Source: Candidatus Heimdallarchaeota archaeon
GTDB taxonomy: Archaea > Asgardarchaeota > Heimdallarchaeia > Heimdallarchaeales > Heimdallarchaeaceae
Assembly: GCA_030603365.1 (NCBI GenBank)
Contig: JAUVXV010000001.1
Coordinates: forward strand, 480,001 to 544,000
Direction of reading: 5' to 3'
DNA length: 64,000 nt
The notes under the pieces were generated by a model that worked only from the letters and a program-made list of their open reading frames with translations, did no database searches and was not told the DNA's origin. The position numbers were made by a program, and so were the translations under genes. How positions within the stretch are numbered: the stretch's first letter is position 1; every line of letters begins with the position of its first letter. Positions 39,745 to 49,517 of the stretch are shown piece by piece.

Positions 39745-40713
39745 CTAGAAACCCATTGTGTTTAGAATGTGCTTGATTATCTTAAATTTATAACCTACAT
39801 TAATAACATCATTCACATTTGTTGTCATTCCAACAAGTATCTTACCATCAGTGCTTTCTTCCACTATAATTTGGACTACTTCAGCATTCAATGCCTTAAT
39901 TTCATCTTCAGAATTTATCATTTCATAGATAACTCGTGGAAATTGTGTAATGGTTTCCAGTACATAAATGATCTTCCTTTCTTCTAGATTTCCAGCATAT
40001 AACTCTCCAATAGCACCATCTTTCTTAGCATAGATATAAGCTGCTGCAGATGGAGATTTACATCCTCTTATGGAAGAAAACAACAAAGAAGTTATAGCTC
40101 TTTTGTTTGCTTCATCGAGAATTTCCTGTGTCATTTCACTTGCATGAATTCGTGGTACAGATTCGAAAGGTCGGATTTTCTCGAATTCCTCTGCTTTTGA
40201 TTCAGCTGTTAATTCACTACGTTCTTCTTCATGGGGAATATCTAATGTGAGGGGTTCAACTTCCATTCTTTCAATTCCTAGACGGGAATAGATTCTATCA
40301 ATTTGATTTCTGACACGATCAGGTGATTGATCATATGAATAACCGCAGGTTTTTATGAGTAAATTTTCATTTCCGTGAGTTGTTAGATTTCTAATTATGT
40401 TTTGACTCAAAGTTGTTACATAGTTAAGTATAACAGGTCGAATTTCAGCAGCTATATTTTCTACTCTTGATACAAAAAGAAGTGTTAGATCAATGAAGGT
40501 AATATATGTAGCTCTGAATTTACCTCTGAAAATAGTAATCTCATTATATCTTCTTACCCATTGATAGAATTCTATCGGATGAATGAAATAACTGTGAATT
40601 TCAGTTTTTTCTACTTCACTTTTTGCATTTTCCAGTTCAAAAATGTTATTTCCCTTTAAATCATAGATTATAACAGCTACTAAAGGAGTGATGTTTGTCT
40701 TTGGAAAAGGCAT
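39745..40713 (-). CDS. Two-domain protein with C-terminal roadblock-like domain (paralog 1)
   Basis: C-terminal domain aligns with 40892-41473 and 42194-43270 (QFPRVI..SEDEIKALNA..IIVEE). Confidence 0.65.
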   Translation of the reverse strand: MPFPKTNITPLVAVIIYDLKGNNIFELENAKSEVEKTEIHSYFIHPIEFYQWVRRYNEITIFRGKFRATYITFIDLTLLFVSRVENIAAEIRPVILNYVTTLSQNIIRNLTTHGNENLLIKTCGYSYDQSPDRVRNQIDRIYSRLGIERMEVEPLTLDIPHEEERSELTAESKAEEFEKIRPFESVPRIHASEMTQEILDEANKRAITSLLFSSIRGCKSPSAAAYIYAKKDGAIGELYAGNLEERKIIYVLETITQFPRVIYEMINSEDEIKALNAEVVQIIVEESTDGKILVGMTTNVNDVINVGYKFKIIKHILNTMGF

Positions 40714-40891
40714 AAGACCTCAACTAGAATGTAATATGTGATTATTCGCTAATAAATATATCTCAACTGTCCTATCATAGTACGAAAATTTCTAGTTTCA
40801 TAAGAATCAAGAACAAATTACTATTTTTCCCCTTTAATAGTAAGGAAATATTTTTAGAGTTTTACGATATATTAAATTCTGAGGAAGATTA

Positions 40892-41473
40892 ATGAATACT
40901 AAAAAGACTTCAGATGATTCCCCATCTTCAAAAATATCTTCTCGTAAAAGAAAAGCCTCTAAGAAGGATATTTTTGTTGAGATGGAAGAAGTTGCATACG
41001 AGACTTTGAAAATTCCTAAAAAGAAATTAAAATCTGGACAATACCTCCGAGATTTTCTTACTCAGACATCATCAGTTAGTGAAGTTAAAGAAGCGATACG
41101 AGTTACAATTGATGCATTACTTGATAGCATAGCAAGTGATTTACAATCCTTGTCGGCAGCATCATTAGTACCACACCCAGAAAGTGAAGATATGAGGGTG
41201 ATCGTAAGAGGACCCCTTAGTAAAGATGTGGTAAAGAAAATACTTGTAATTTTTCAAAAATACCCACCAGTTATTAATGATTTACTAGGGTCTGATGAAG
41301 AAATCAAAGTTTTAGATACAGGTATTGGTTTTGTTGTTTTAGAAAATTGTCAAAAGGACAATTATCTGGTCGGAATCACTCAGCAACAAAAAGATGTTGA
41401 TGAACTATCAAGAAAATTAAGACATGTTCAGAATGTGGTCATAAAAAACACACTACTTCTAGAGGACATCTAG
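40892..41473 (+). CDS. Roadblock-like domain protein with basic disordered N-terminus (paralog 2)
   Basis: KYPPVI..SDEEIKVLDTG..VVLEN..YLVGIT followed by a C-terminal helix. Confidence 0.65.
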   Translation: MNTKKTSDDSPSSKISSRKRKASKKDIFVEMEEVAYETLKIPKKKLKSGQYLRDFLTQTSSVSEVKEAIRVTIDALLDSIASDLQSLSAASLVPHPESEDMRVIVRGPLSKDVVKKILVIFQKYPPVINDLLGSDEEIKVLDTGIGFVVLENCQKDNYLVGITQQQKDVDELSRKLRHVQNVVIKNTLLLEDI

Positions 41474-41490
41474 TTGAAGAAATAGGCAAA

Positions 41491-42156
41491 TCATAGATTG
41501 GTTCCACAATGTGGGCATTTTTGTATTTCTGCATTTATTTCCTTAAAACAATTCCAGCAAGCTATTTTGTCCTTTATTTCTTCTTTATAAACTTCTATTA
41601 AATCAATTATTTCTTGCGTAAAATCAGTAACTTCATCATATAATTTTTCATTTCTCCCCAGAGATATTCTTGTTGAAAGAAGGTATAGGAGTAAAACTGA
41701 GCCACCTATTGAAACTAGCACAACCCCCCCAATACGAAGGGCATCTTGGGCTTCTTGTGGAATACTTTCCTTAACTGCAAGCAGTATTATCAGTGGAACA
41801 ATAGAAACAGCTATAATTAGTAAAACTACCCATAAACTATATCTTAATCCAAAAATCTGTTTATTTGACCAATTATATATCCCTCCAAAATAACTTTTTC
41901 TTGGCCTGTAAACGTCAATTTCAAGAAGATTTTCACGTTCAGTGTCAGTGATTTCAACGTTAACCCTTCTTCTTCTAATTTTTGTAAAAAGCTTCAATTC
42001 CTTATCATTTATTTCCTCGATTGTTATTTCTCTTTTTTGTAGTTTTTTTTCTAAATATTTGAAAAGAGATAGTGTTTTCTTTACACTACTGCGAATTTCT
42101 CTTAAGAAAAATCTTCTCTTAATTTGGCTTTTGTCCCAAATTTTCATCGACCCCAC
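41491..42156 (-). CDS. 2-TM membrane protein with C-terminal Zn ribbon
   Basis: Two hydrophobic helices; CWNC..CPHCG. Confidence 0.75.
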   Translation of the reverse strand: MGSMKIWDKSQIKRRFFLREIRSSVKKTLSLFKYLEKKLQKREITIEEINDKELKLFTKIRRRRVNVEITDTERENLLEIDVYRPRKSYFGGIYNWSNKQIFGLRYSLWVVLLIIAVSIVPLIILLAVKESIPQEAQDALRIGGVVLVSIGGSVLLLYLLSTRISLGRNEKLYDEVTDFTQEIIDLIEVYKEEIKDKIACWNCFKEINAEIQKCPHCGTNL

Positions 42157-42193
42157 ATAACAGATACAATGTGAATTATAAAGGAATATTCGT

Positions 42194-43270
42194 TTAACTT
42201 AAGAAAGATGGTTTAAGAAACTCACCAATCATTGTTTTTACAAGTTTCATTCTTTTAGCAATTTGAGGAATTTCCTCTCTATTTTTTGTGATACTTACTA
42301 ACATTCCACCTTCAGTTTCTTCTAAAATGACTACACCGTCTCCTGCATCAAGAGTTTTTTCTTCTCCTTGAGCTTCAAGTGTTTGTTTAACAACTTCAGG
42401 ATATTTAGATAATATGCCTAAAACAAATTCTGCATGCTTTTCAGACATACCATAAGTTATTGTTTCAAGTAACCCTTTATCTCCAGTAAAAACAAAACAG
42501 ACTCCTGTTTTTGAGGACAGTCCTTTAACCACTGATGATATGACTCGCTCAATTGCACTCCTTTTTGTTTCCTCTAGAAGCTGTTGAGTTAATTCAACCT
42601 TCTTGTCATTTGCTATGAAAGTAGCATGAGAAATTTTTTTTCTTCCTAAATGTTCTAATAAATCTTCTACTTGACCTGAATCTGTAGTGCTTGATTGTTG
42701 AGTAGGTGTGTGTGATTGTGCTGTTGAAGGTGAGGGTGTTGTAGGTGAATAAGATTCTGTTTGTTGTACTGCTGGTTTTTCTTCTTCAACTTTAGTAGGA
42801 GCTATTGGTTCTGATTCGATAACTTGAGGTTTCTTTGCAGGAAAATAGTCATATTTTATTTGACTTGCTGCTCTTTCAGAAATTAGATTTCCCAATCGTT
42901 TTATTAAAGCAGTTTGTGATCTTGGTTCCATTTTTTCAATTGTGCCATAATCTTTAAGCTGTTCGTTTAAGTTATTTTTAATTATCTGAATTATGCTCAT
43001 TGCCATATTTTCATCAGTATCTGGTAAAAACATGCATGCTAAAACAATATTATAATATAAATGATAATCAACTCTAAAAACCTCATTTATCAAAGAAAGT
43101 GTCTGTGATTTTTTTAATTCCTCTCTAGTTTTAGTACTTGTGTCTATAACCTGAAAAACGGTTGAAAAAGCTGTTTTTGTGTTTATAACTTTGTCAAAAA
43201 CCATATCTTCCTCTAGCGTAAAAAGGCTAAATCCAACAAACTTATTCCATGCTAAATCGAAGTCGCTCAT
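42194..43270 (-). CDS. Two-domain protein, P/S/T linker, C-terminal roadblock-like domain (paralog 3)
   Basis: KYPEVV..QGEEKTLDAG..VILEE..MLVSIT followed by a C-terminal helix. Confidence 0.65.
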   Translation of the reverse strand: MSDFDLAWNKFVGFSLFTLEEDMVFDKVINTKTAFSTVFQVIDTSTKTREELKKSQTLSLINEVFRVDYHLYYNIVLACMFLPDTDENMAMSIIQIIKNNLNEQLKDYGTIEKMEPRSQTALIKRLGNLISERAASQIKYDYFPAKKPQVIESEPIAPTKVEEEKPAVQQTESYSPTTPSPSTAQSHTPTQQSSTTDSGQVEDLLEHLGRKKISHATFIANDKKVELTQQLLEETKRSAIERVISSVVKGLSSKTGVCFVFTGDKGLLETITYGMSEKHAEFVLGILSKYPEVVKQTLEAQGEEKTLDAGDGVVILEETEGGMLVSITKNREEIPQIAKRMKLVKTMIGEFLKPSFLS

Positions 43271-43395
43271 CTTAAGTTCCTCACAGCTTTGTGTGAGATT
43301 AATTATTAATCAATATTCAGTACTTGACCATCAAACTCTATAAATTGTCTAGTATATGAATTTATTGTGGTCAATTTTAATTTAATTCTTGAATT

Positions 43396-44556
43396 TTATT
43401 TCTTCTTCTTTTTTTCTTGACGTAAGCGTCTTTTCTCCCATTTTTTCCATTTTTTGACATTCTTTGAAGATTCATTCCCGAATACAACTGCAGAATAAGA
43501 TCTCCCTTCAGTTTCCCCTAACTCACGAACCTTAAAACCTTCTTGTTCTACTCTTTTCTTTGTTTCTGAAAGCATTTGTTCTATTATGCTTTGACGACGT
43601 TGAGTTGCATCTGCGTCTAATTCTTCTACTTTTTCTTCCGTAACCACTTCTGGTTGAGGGATAATTTCTTCTGCTACTATTTCTTGTTCAGGAGTTATTT
43701 CTTGTTCAGGAACTGCTTCTGGTTCAGAAATAATCTCATCTATTGCGGATTCGTGAATTATTTGATCAAGATCTACTTTTTCAACAATTGGTTCTCCTGC
43801 TATTTCTGATGTTACCTCTACAATATCCTGTTCAGGTTCTTCTGTTGTCGAAATTATAATTTCTTCTTTGGTAATAGGAACACTAGTAGTTTCCTCTTTA
43901 AATATCAGGTTGTGAATATCTATTGGAATATTTTCAGGCTGGATTAATATCTGTTCATTGATGACTGGTTCTTTAACAATGGGAGAGGATAAATCAACTG
44001 ATTCCAGACTTTTAATATCTTTTTCTGGTAGCTCTTTTATCGTTATTTCTTCAAAATCTGTTGATGTTTCAGGAGTTTCTAAAGCTTCATCAAAATGAGT
44101 TTCTACGGTACTTCTTTTACCTTCAGAGGGAAGAGGTATCTGTTCTTTTTCAATAATTTCTTGAATTTCTGTTTTATCACTAGCATCAATTTCCCCTATA
44201 TCTTCACCTGAAACAGCTTTTGCCAAACCAATTGTAACTTCTTGAAGCTCTTTATCCAGCTGAATTTGCTCATCTGTTGGTTGGATTTCTTTATCAACTT
44301 CAGGTTCTTCTAGAATCTCTTCTTTGATTTCTTCTTCAGGTTCTTCTAGAACCTCTTCTTTGATTTCTTCTTCAGGTGCTGTATCCTTTAATTGCATTTC
44401 AGGTTCGATGCTGTTTTCTAATGTGCTTTCATCAGTAATAACTACCTTTTCAGCATGAACTTGTTCTTTAGCTAGGTCATAGAGAAATTGAGCAAATCTA
44501 ACGATATTCTTATTATCCCAATCTAGCAACTCTTTTGAATCTTCTTCATTATTCAT
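43396..44556 (-). CDS. Highly acidic, largely disordered protein with basic C-terminus
   Basis: E/I/P-rich; internal repeat EEEIKEE(V/I)LEEP x2; ends KKWKKWEKRRLRQEKKKKK. Confidence 0.75.
   Translation of the reverse strand: MNNEEDSKELLDWDNKNIVRFAQFLYDLAKEQVHAEKVVITDESTLENSIEPEMQLKDTAPEEEIKEEVLEEPEEEIKEEILEEPEVDKEIQPTDEQIQLDKELQEVTIGLAKAVSGEDIGEIDASDKTEIQEIIEKEQIPLPSEGKRSTVETHFDEALETPETSTDFEEITIKELPEKDIKSLESVDLSSPIVKEPVINEQILIQPENIPIDIHNLIFKEETTSVPITKEEIIISTTEEPEQDIVEVTSEIAGEPIVEKVDLDQIIHESAIDEIISEPEAVPEQEITPEQEIVAEEIIPQPEVVTEEKVEELDADATQRRQSIIEQMLSETKKRVEQEGFKVRELGETEGRSYSAVVFGNESSKNVKKWKKWEKRRLRQEKKKKK
44298..44376. repeat. 36-bp tandem repeat x2 inside the acidic protein gene
   Basis: CTTCAGGTTCTTCTAGAA(T/C)CTCTTCTTTGATTTCTT twice, followed by CTTCAGG. 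Confidence 0.85.
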
Positions 44557-44768
44557 ACAGCAACCACTTTGAGGGTTGAGCTAAAATCTCAATTCTTACT
44601 ACTTTTCATGTTTTATTAACTTTTCTTAAGTTTCCATTATGTTTGATTTTTATTAGTTTCAGAAACTAAAATTAAACCTAATAAAGATGGAAACAATTAT
44701 CTAAAAAGATAAGAGTTCTGCCTACTGCTAAACTAAAATTTAAGAACTCATTTTGTAATTGTTCTATC

Positions 44769-45815
44769 ATGAGTGATTCACTCAAACCGCTATTAATCCA
44801 ACTAGTAGGCTCCTTTTCATATTATCTTATTGATGAAGCTCGTAGAGAGATAGGGAAAGATGTCTTGGAAGTTCAAATTCAAGATATTGAGTATTATAAA
44901 ACTGGAGGACGGTTTGGTGATGTTTATGTTATAGATGTATTATACTCATCCAAATTCGGGAAACACATAACAAAATTAGCTATTAAATTCATGGAAAGTC
45001 CTACAGAAGTTATTACTGAAATAAAAAATTCCTCATTTCTAGAAAAGAAATTTTCTACTCGTTCTGTTGTAAAAATTCCAAGATATGTTTATGTCAATTT
45101 GAAATCACCAACCTTTATAGCTTATGAAGGAGTAACTGGAATTAATTATGAAGATGCGCTTGATGTCAGAGATAAAAGTTTCTGGGCAGGTTATGTATTA
45201 TCAATAATTCATGAAGGTAAACCTCGTTCTGTGATCACTGATATTTATGAAGAACTCTATAGACGTCTCGTTCTTTCAATATTTGGAGGAGAAAACGTAG
45301 AGCAAGAAATTATGGAAAAATCAAAGGTTCTCATAGAAATGATGTCTGTGTCACAAGGGGGAAGTGATGCTTTTGGCGATTTCCATCAAAGTAATCTCAT
45401 GGTAAGAACTTCTCCTCAAAGCGAAGTATTAGGCATTGCTCTTATAGATCCAACTTTTTGGATGCAAGGTTCTTTTGATCGTTTTGAAGATGTAGGTACT
45501 TTTTTTGGAAGACAAGCTTTCTTAGAATTTAGAGTGAATAAACAGCTTGATACCACAATTGATGACATTCAGAAATTTATTCAAGGTTATAATGTTCATC
45601 TCAGAGAAGTTAATTCTATTCCACTTGAAGACCTATATCCCAAAGGTTATCCACTAGATTTCTTCTTAGCAATATGGGCGTTGATGGATATTCTTGATAA
45701 AACTATGAACCAGAATATCCCCTTAAATCATGTAGATATACTTCTTCTTAAAGAACTGGCTTTTCTATTACTAACAGAACATCCAATTAGTAAAGAAATA
45801 AATAATTTTATATGA
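44769..45815 (+). CDS. APH/choline-kinase-fold phosphotransferase (paralog of 20063-21169)
   Basis: GGRFGDVY, LAIKF..E, IAYEGVTG, FGDFHQSN, LIDPTF, EDVGTFF. Confidence 0.8.
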   Translation: MSDSLKPLLIQLVGSFSYYLIDEARREIGKDVLEVQIQDIEYYKTGGRFGDVYVIDVLYSSKFGKHITKLAIKFMESPTEVITEIKNSSFLEKKFSTRSVVKIPRYVYVNLKSPTFIAYEGVTGINYEDALDVRDKSFWAGYVLSIIHEGKPRSVITDIYEELYRRLVLSIFGGENVEQEIMEKSKVLIEMMSVSQGGSDAFGDFHQSNLMVRTSPQSEVLGIALIDPTFWMQGSFDRFEDVGTFFGRQAFLEFRVNKQLDTTIDDIQKFIQGYNVHLREVNSIPLEDLYPKGYPLDFFLAIWALMDILDKTMNQNIPLNHVDILLLKELAFLLLTEHPISKEINNFI

Positions 45816-45863
45816 GCCCGATGCAAGAAATATTTTAAAGAAGGAAATACAAGGTTATTTGAG

Positions 45864-46706
45864 ATGATTAACTCTAATCAAGAGATTTTAGTCTCAGCTT
45901 ACGCATTAGCTAAGATACTAGCATTGGATTCTCTGGATCATTCAAAAGAATCAGCAGGAGTATTATTAGGATATGTAGATGAGAATGGAAAAACGTTAGT
46001 TATTACAGATTTTGATACAGGAAAACAGCAACAAACCTCAACTTATGTTGTACTTGATGATGAAGCGTTAGTACAAATTGTTACAGATTTGCAAAAGCGT
46101 GATAAACGAGAAACAATAGTTGGATGGGTTCATACTCACCCTTCATATGGTTGTTTCCTCTCTGGTACAGACAAGAGCACTCAAAGAGTATATCAGAATC
46201 TTTTTTCACAAGCAGTTGCTTTAGTAATTGATCCTTCAAAATATTACAAATCATCTGATCAAAAAGACTTGGAAATTAAATTCTTTAGGTTGATTAATGA
46301 TTTAGATTACAAAGTTATTCCATTTGGAATATTCTATGATGATGTGACTACTCATCTGGCTAATCTCGTCGAATTTGATATTAAGTGGGAATTACCTACA
46401 TTATCGGCAGAAGAAGTAAAAATACTCCATCAGAAAATACATTCAATAAGCACTTCTTCAATGCTTGAGGGAGATAAACAATTATTGCATGGATTTGTTG
46501 ATGTTTTAAGTACGTCTTCAGAAGATTTTGTTTCAACAGATGAAGGTAAAGAAACATTAGAATCTATAGATATGAAACTAAATCATATCATAAGAGATGT
46601 AAACTATATCTATGGAGAAGAAACATCTAATCTTTATGCCATATTAAATGTCATTGCTGTTATTGTAATTGCAATTTCATGGTTACTAGCAGCTTTCATT
46701 GCTTAA
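45864..46706 (+). CDS. JAMM/MPN+ isopeptidase (Rpn11/AMSH-like) with C-terminal TM anchor
   Basis: ESAGVLLG, VGWVHTHPSYGCFLSGTD (E..HxH..S..D), ALVIDP; C-terminal AILNVIAVIVIAISWLLAAFIA. Confidence 0.88.
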   Translation: MINSNQEILVSAYALAKILALDSLDHSKESAGVLLGYVDENGKTLVITDFDTGKQQQTSTYVVLDDEALVQIVTDLQKRDKRETIVGWVHTHPSYGCFLSGTDKSTQRVYQNLFSQAVALVIDPSKYYKSSDQKDLEIKFFRLINDLDYKVIPFGIFYDDVTTHLANLVEFDIKWELPTLSAEEVKILHQKIHSISTSSMLEGDKQLLHGFVDVLSTSSEDFVSTDEGKETLESIDMKLNHIIRDVNYIYGEETSNLYAILNVIAVIVIAISWLLAAFIA

Positions 46707-46771
46707 TCTTCCTACATCGGAAAAAAACATGTGTAGAAGAGTTTTTTTAATGAAAGTTAAACAATTTCTTA

Positions 46772-47554
46772 ATGCCTCAAATACAAATTATACCAGTACC
46801 TTCAGTTAAAATAATTGAAGTAAAGGATGATTTACTTTCTATCTTATTTGATTCTCTAAGTGAAAACAAAATACATTTAGAAAATGATGATATTTTAGTT
46901 ATTGCCAGTAAAGTAGTGGCAGTTGCAGAAGATAATATAGTCCATTATTCAACCGTAACTCCTTCAATTGAAGCCATAGAATTAGCCAAAGAAGCGCACA
47001 TGGATCCAGAATTTGCACAAGTTATTCTTGATGAATCTAATGGTAAATATACAGGAGCTGTTCCGGGTGCTATTACTACTTTGAATGAATATGGTCTTCT
47101 TGCAAATGCAGGAGCTGATCAATCCAATGCTAGAGATAAGCAGATTATTCTTTTACCCAAGAATAGTAAGAAATCTGCAGAACAAATACACAAACAGATA
47201 CTAGAAAAAATCAACTCCTATGTTGGCATTATAATTGCAGATTCTCGAACAACTCCATTAAGACTAGGCACAGTTGGTTGTGCATTAGCAACTTTTGGAT
47301 TTGAATCTCTCCTTGATGAAAGAGGCAATAATGATTTATTTGGAAGAGAAATGCATATTACAGTACGTGCAATAGCTGATCAATTGGCAACAGCTGCAGA
47401 GATTGTAATGGGAGAAACCGATGAAAGAACTCCTTTTGCTATTATCAGAGGATACCCAATCAAAAGAATAATAGAAAATGAAGAGATTAATCTTAATACA
47501 CAAATTTCTGCAGAAGAATGTATGTTCATTGGTCCAATGTTAAAGAAGAAGTGA
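46772..47554 (+). CDS. cofE: CofE-family gamma-glutamyl ligase
   Basis: DILVIASKVVA.AE, ANAGADQSN, GIIIADS, DLFGREM..T..AIADQLA..A..VMGE. Confidence 0.88.
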   Translation: MPQIQIIPVPSVKIIEVKDDLLSILFDSLSENKIHLENDDILVIASKVVAVAEDNIVHYSTVTPSIEAIELAKEAHMDPEFAQVILDESNGKYTGAVPGAITTLNEYGLLANAGADQSNARDKQIILLPKNSKKSAEQIHKQILEKINSYVGIIIADSRTTPLRLGTVGCALATFGFESLLDERGNNDLFGREMHITVRAIADQLATAAEIVMGETDERTPFAIIRGYPIKRIIENEEINLNTQISAEECMFIGPMLKKK

Positions 47555-48426
47555 TGAGGGGATTAAGTGTGATCAGAGGATATTTAGGTTCTTTAGAAGT
47601 TGGAGATGAATTACCAGTAAGGATTGTTGGAGTTGTAAATCTATCACCTGCTTCATTTTTCCAAGGTTCAATTGCAGCTTCAAAATTAGAACTTGAGAAA
47701 AAAGTACTAGCAATGATAGATGAAGGCGTAAATTGTATAGATATAGGAGCCCAATCAACTAGACCGATTCAAATTTATGGAGGCAAAGGTCGAGTTGATC
47801 AAGAAATGGAATTGGAACTGGTAAAAACTGCTTTAGAAATTAGCATGGATATATTAAGTAGTTATGATGAAATTGAAATTTCAGTTGATACTCAAAGAAA
47901 AAACGTTGCTGAATATGCATTGAATAAAGGAATCAAAATAATAAATGATATCTCAGGTTTTAAGAAAGAAATAGAGATGGCAAAGATAATCGCTAATTTT
48001 AGCGCATCTGCTGTAGTTATGGCTGCAAGGAAAGAACCAGGGGATATTTTTACTCTTGAGGATATATCTCTAGAATTAGAAAAAAGTGTAGAAATTGGGT
48101 TAAAGTATGGTATTCAAGAAAATAGAATTATTGTTGACCCAGGTATTGGAAGCTGGGAAGCTAGAGATTATAGACATGATTATACTATCATTAAGAATCT
48201 CGAGAAATTTAGGGATCTCAAAAAACCAATTTATATCGGTATAAGCAGGAAAACATCAATCGGTAAAGCTTTAAATGATGCACCAGCAGATCAAAGATTG
48301 TTCGGTTCGATTGGTGCAACAATAATCTCTTTAGTTAAAGGAGTTCATATTGTTCGAACCCACGATGTTAAACCAACTTTAGATGCCATTCGTGTAGGAG
48401 AAGTAATTTTGAATTATGATGAATAA
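47554..48426 (+). CDS. folP: Dihydropteroate synthase; starts by TGATG overlap with cofE
   Basis: GVVNLSPASF, IDIGAQSTRP, ISVDT, INDISG, VDPGIG, GISRKT, IVRTHDV. Confidence 0.92.
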   Translation: MRGLSVIRGYLGSLEVGDELPVRIVGVVNLSPASFFQGSIAASKLELEKKVLAMIDEGVNCIDIGAQSTRPIQIYGGKGRVDQEMELELVKTALEISMDILSSYDEIEISVDTQRKNVAEYALNKGIKIINDISGFKKEIEMAKIIANFSASAVVMAARKEPGDIFTLEDISLELEKSVEIGLKYGIQENRIIVDPGIGSWEARDYRHDYTIIKNLEKFRDLKKPIYIGISRKTSIGKALNDAPADQRLFGSIGATIISLVKGVHIVRTHDVKPTLDAIRVGEVILNYDE

Positions 48427-48431
48427 TTCCA

Positions 48432-49517
48432 TTAGATAGACTTGAAATTCACTCCCTCATCTATTTCAACTACCTTAACTGGTAAATTCAAATTTTGCTT
48501 TAAGACTTTTGCAATTTTTTGAGTATTATCTTTTGTCATAATTACTACACTTCCTCCTAATCCTGCTCCTGTTAATTTACCTCCAAGTGCTCCCAATGAT
48601 AAACTCTGTTCTACAATTTTATCTAAAACAGGTAAAGAAACTCCAACTCCATCTTTAAGTGCAGTATGCTGAGATGTCAATAACTCACCCAGTAATTCAA
48701 TATCTGGAGAAGATTTTTTTAGTTCTATTTCCGCTTGTTCAGTGTTTTCTTTAATTGAAATAACAGCTTTAAGAATTTTAAATTCAGATTGAGTTAATTT
48801 ACTCTTTTTGTTTTCTAGTAGATCGGATGATAAATCGCATAATTCTAATTGAGTTAACGATGCAAACCGATTAACTACTCTCTTGATTGTATCTACTTTA
48901 TCTCCATGTACATTACTAGTAAGTTTAGGAGTTTGACTATCGACAACAATTAGATCTATATCAGGTTGTTTTAGTTGTACTAGTTTTGGTGGTTCAGTAC
49001 ATGATAACCTTATAATTTTCCCATAAGAACAAGCATACTGATCCATTCTTCCACAAGGTATTCCTAGAATATTGTGTTCAGCATCATAAGCAAGTTCAGC
49101 AATCTGATCTTTCTTCAGGTTTAAGTTTGTAATCCCTCCAATGTTCTGGATCCAGCTCACTAGAAGAGCTGCAGAACTAGATAATCCACTAGCTATTGGA
49201 ATCTGGCTTTCAATAAATGCATTAAGCGAAGGTATCTCTATATCTGGTTGAAATCTCTTAAGTGCTAACAATCCTGCTTCTAAGTATGCTTCTAAACTCC
49301 CACTCTTAGTAGTTAAAGAGGATATAGATTTGGAGATGGTTGTTTCTTGATGTAAATCCTTGCTGGTGATGTGAATGGAATCACTATTACTTAATTCAGA
49401 GGAAATTGATAATCTGAGGTTGATTGCAGAAGGAATAACGTTGAGTTGGAGATAATCTTGATGTTCTCCATAAAGACAAACTCTTGCTGGTGATGATGAA
49501 TAAAACATTAGTTTCAT
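48432..49517 (-). CDS. GHMP kinase, galactokinase-like
   Basis: PARVCLYGEHQDY, IPIASGLSSSAA, PCGRMDQ, GGKLTGAGLGG. Confidence 0.88.
   Translation of the reverse strand: MKLMFYSSSPARVCLYGEHQDYLQLNVIPSAINLRLSISSELSNSDSIHITSKDLHQETTISKSISSLTTKSGSLEAYLEAGLLALKRFQPDIEIPSLNAFIESQIPIASGLSSSAALLVSWIQNIGGITNLNLKKDQIAELAYDAEHNILGIPCGRMDQYACSYGKIIRLSCTEPPKLVQLKQPDIDLIVVDSQTPKLTSNVHGDKVDTIKRVVNRFASLTQLELCDLSSDLLENKKSKLTQSEFKILKAVISIKENTEQAEIELKKSSPDIELLGELLTSQHTALKDGVGVSLPVLDKIVEQSLSLGALGGKLTGAGLGGSVVIMTKDNTQKIAKVLKQNLNLPVKVVEIDEGVNFKSI

Noticed and set aside
46707-46745. Imperfect hairpin after the JAMM gene
   Set aside because: Weak stem; could be a terminator but is not distinguishable from chance.
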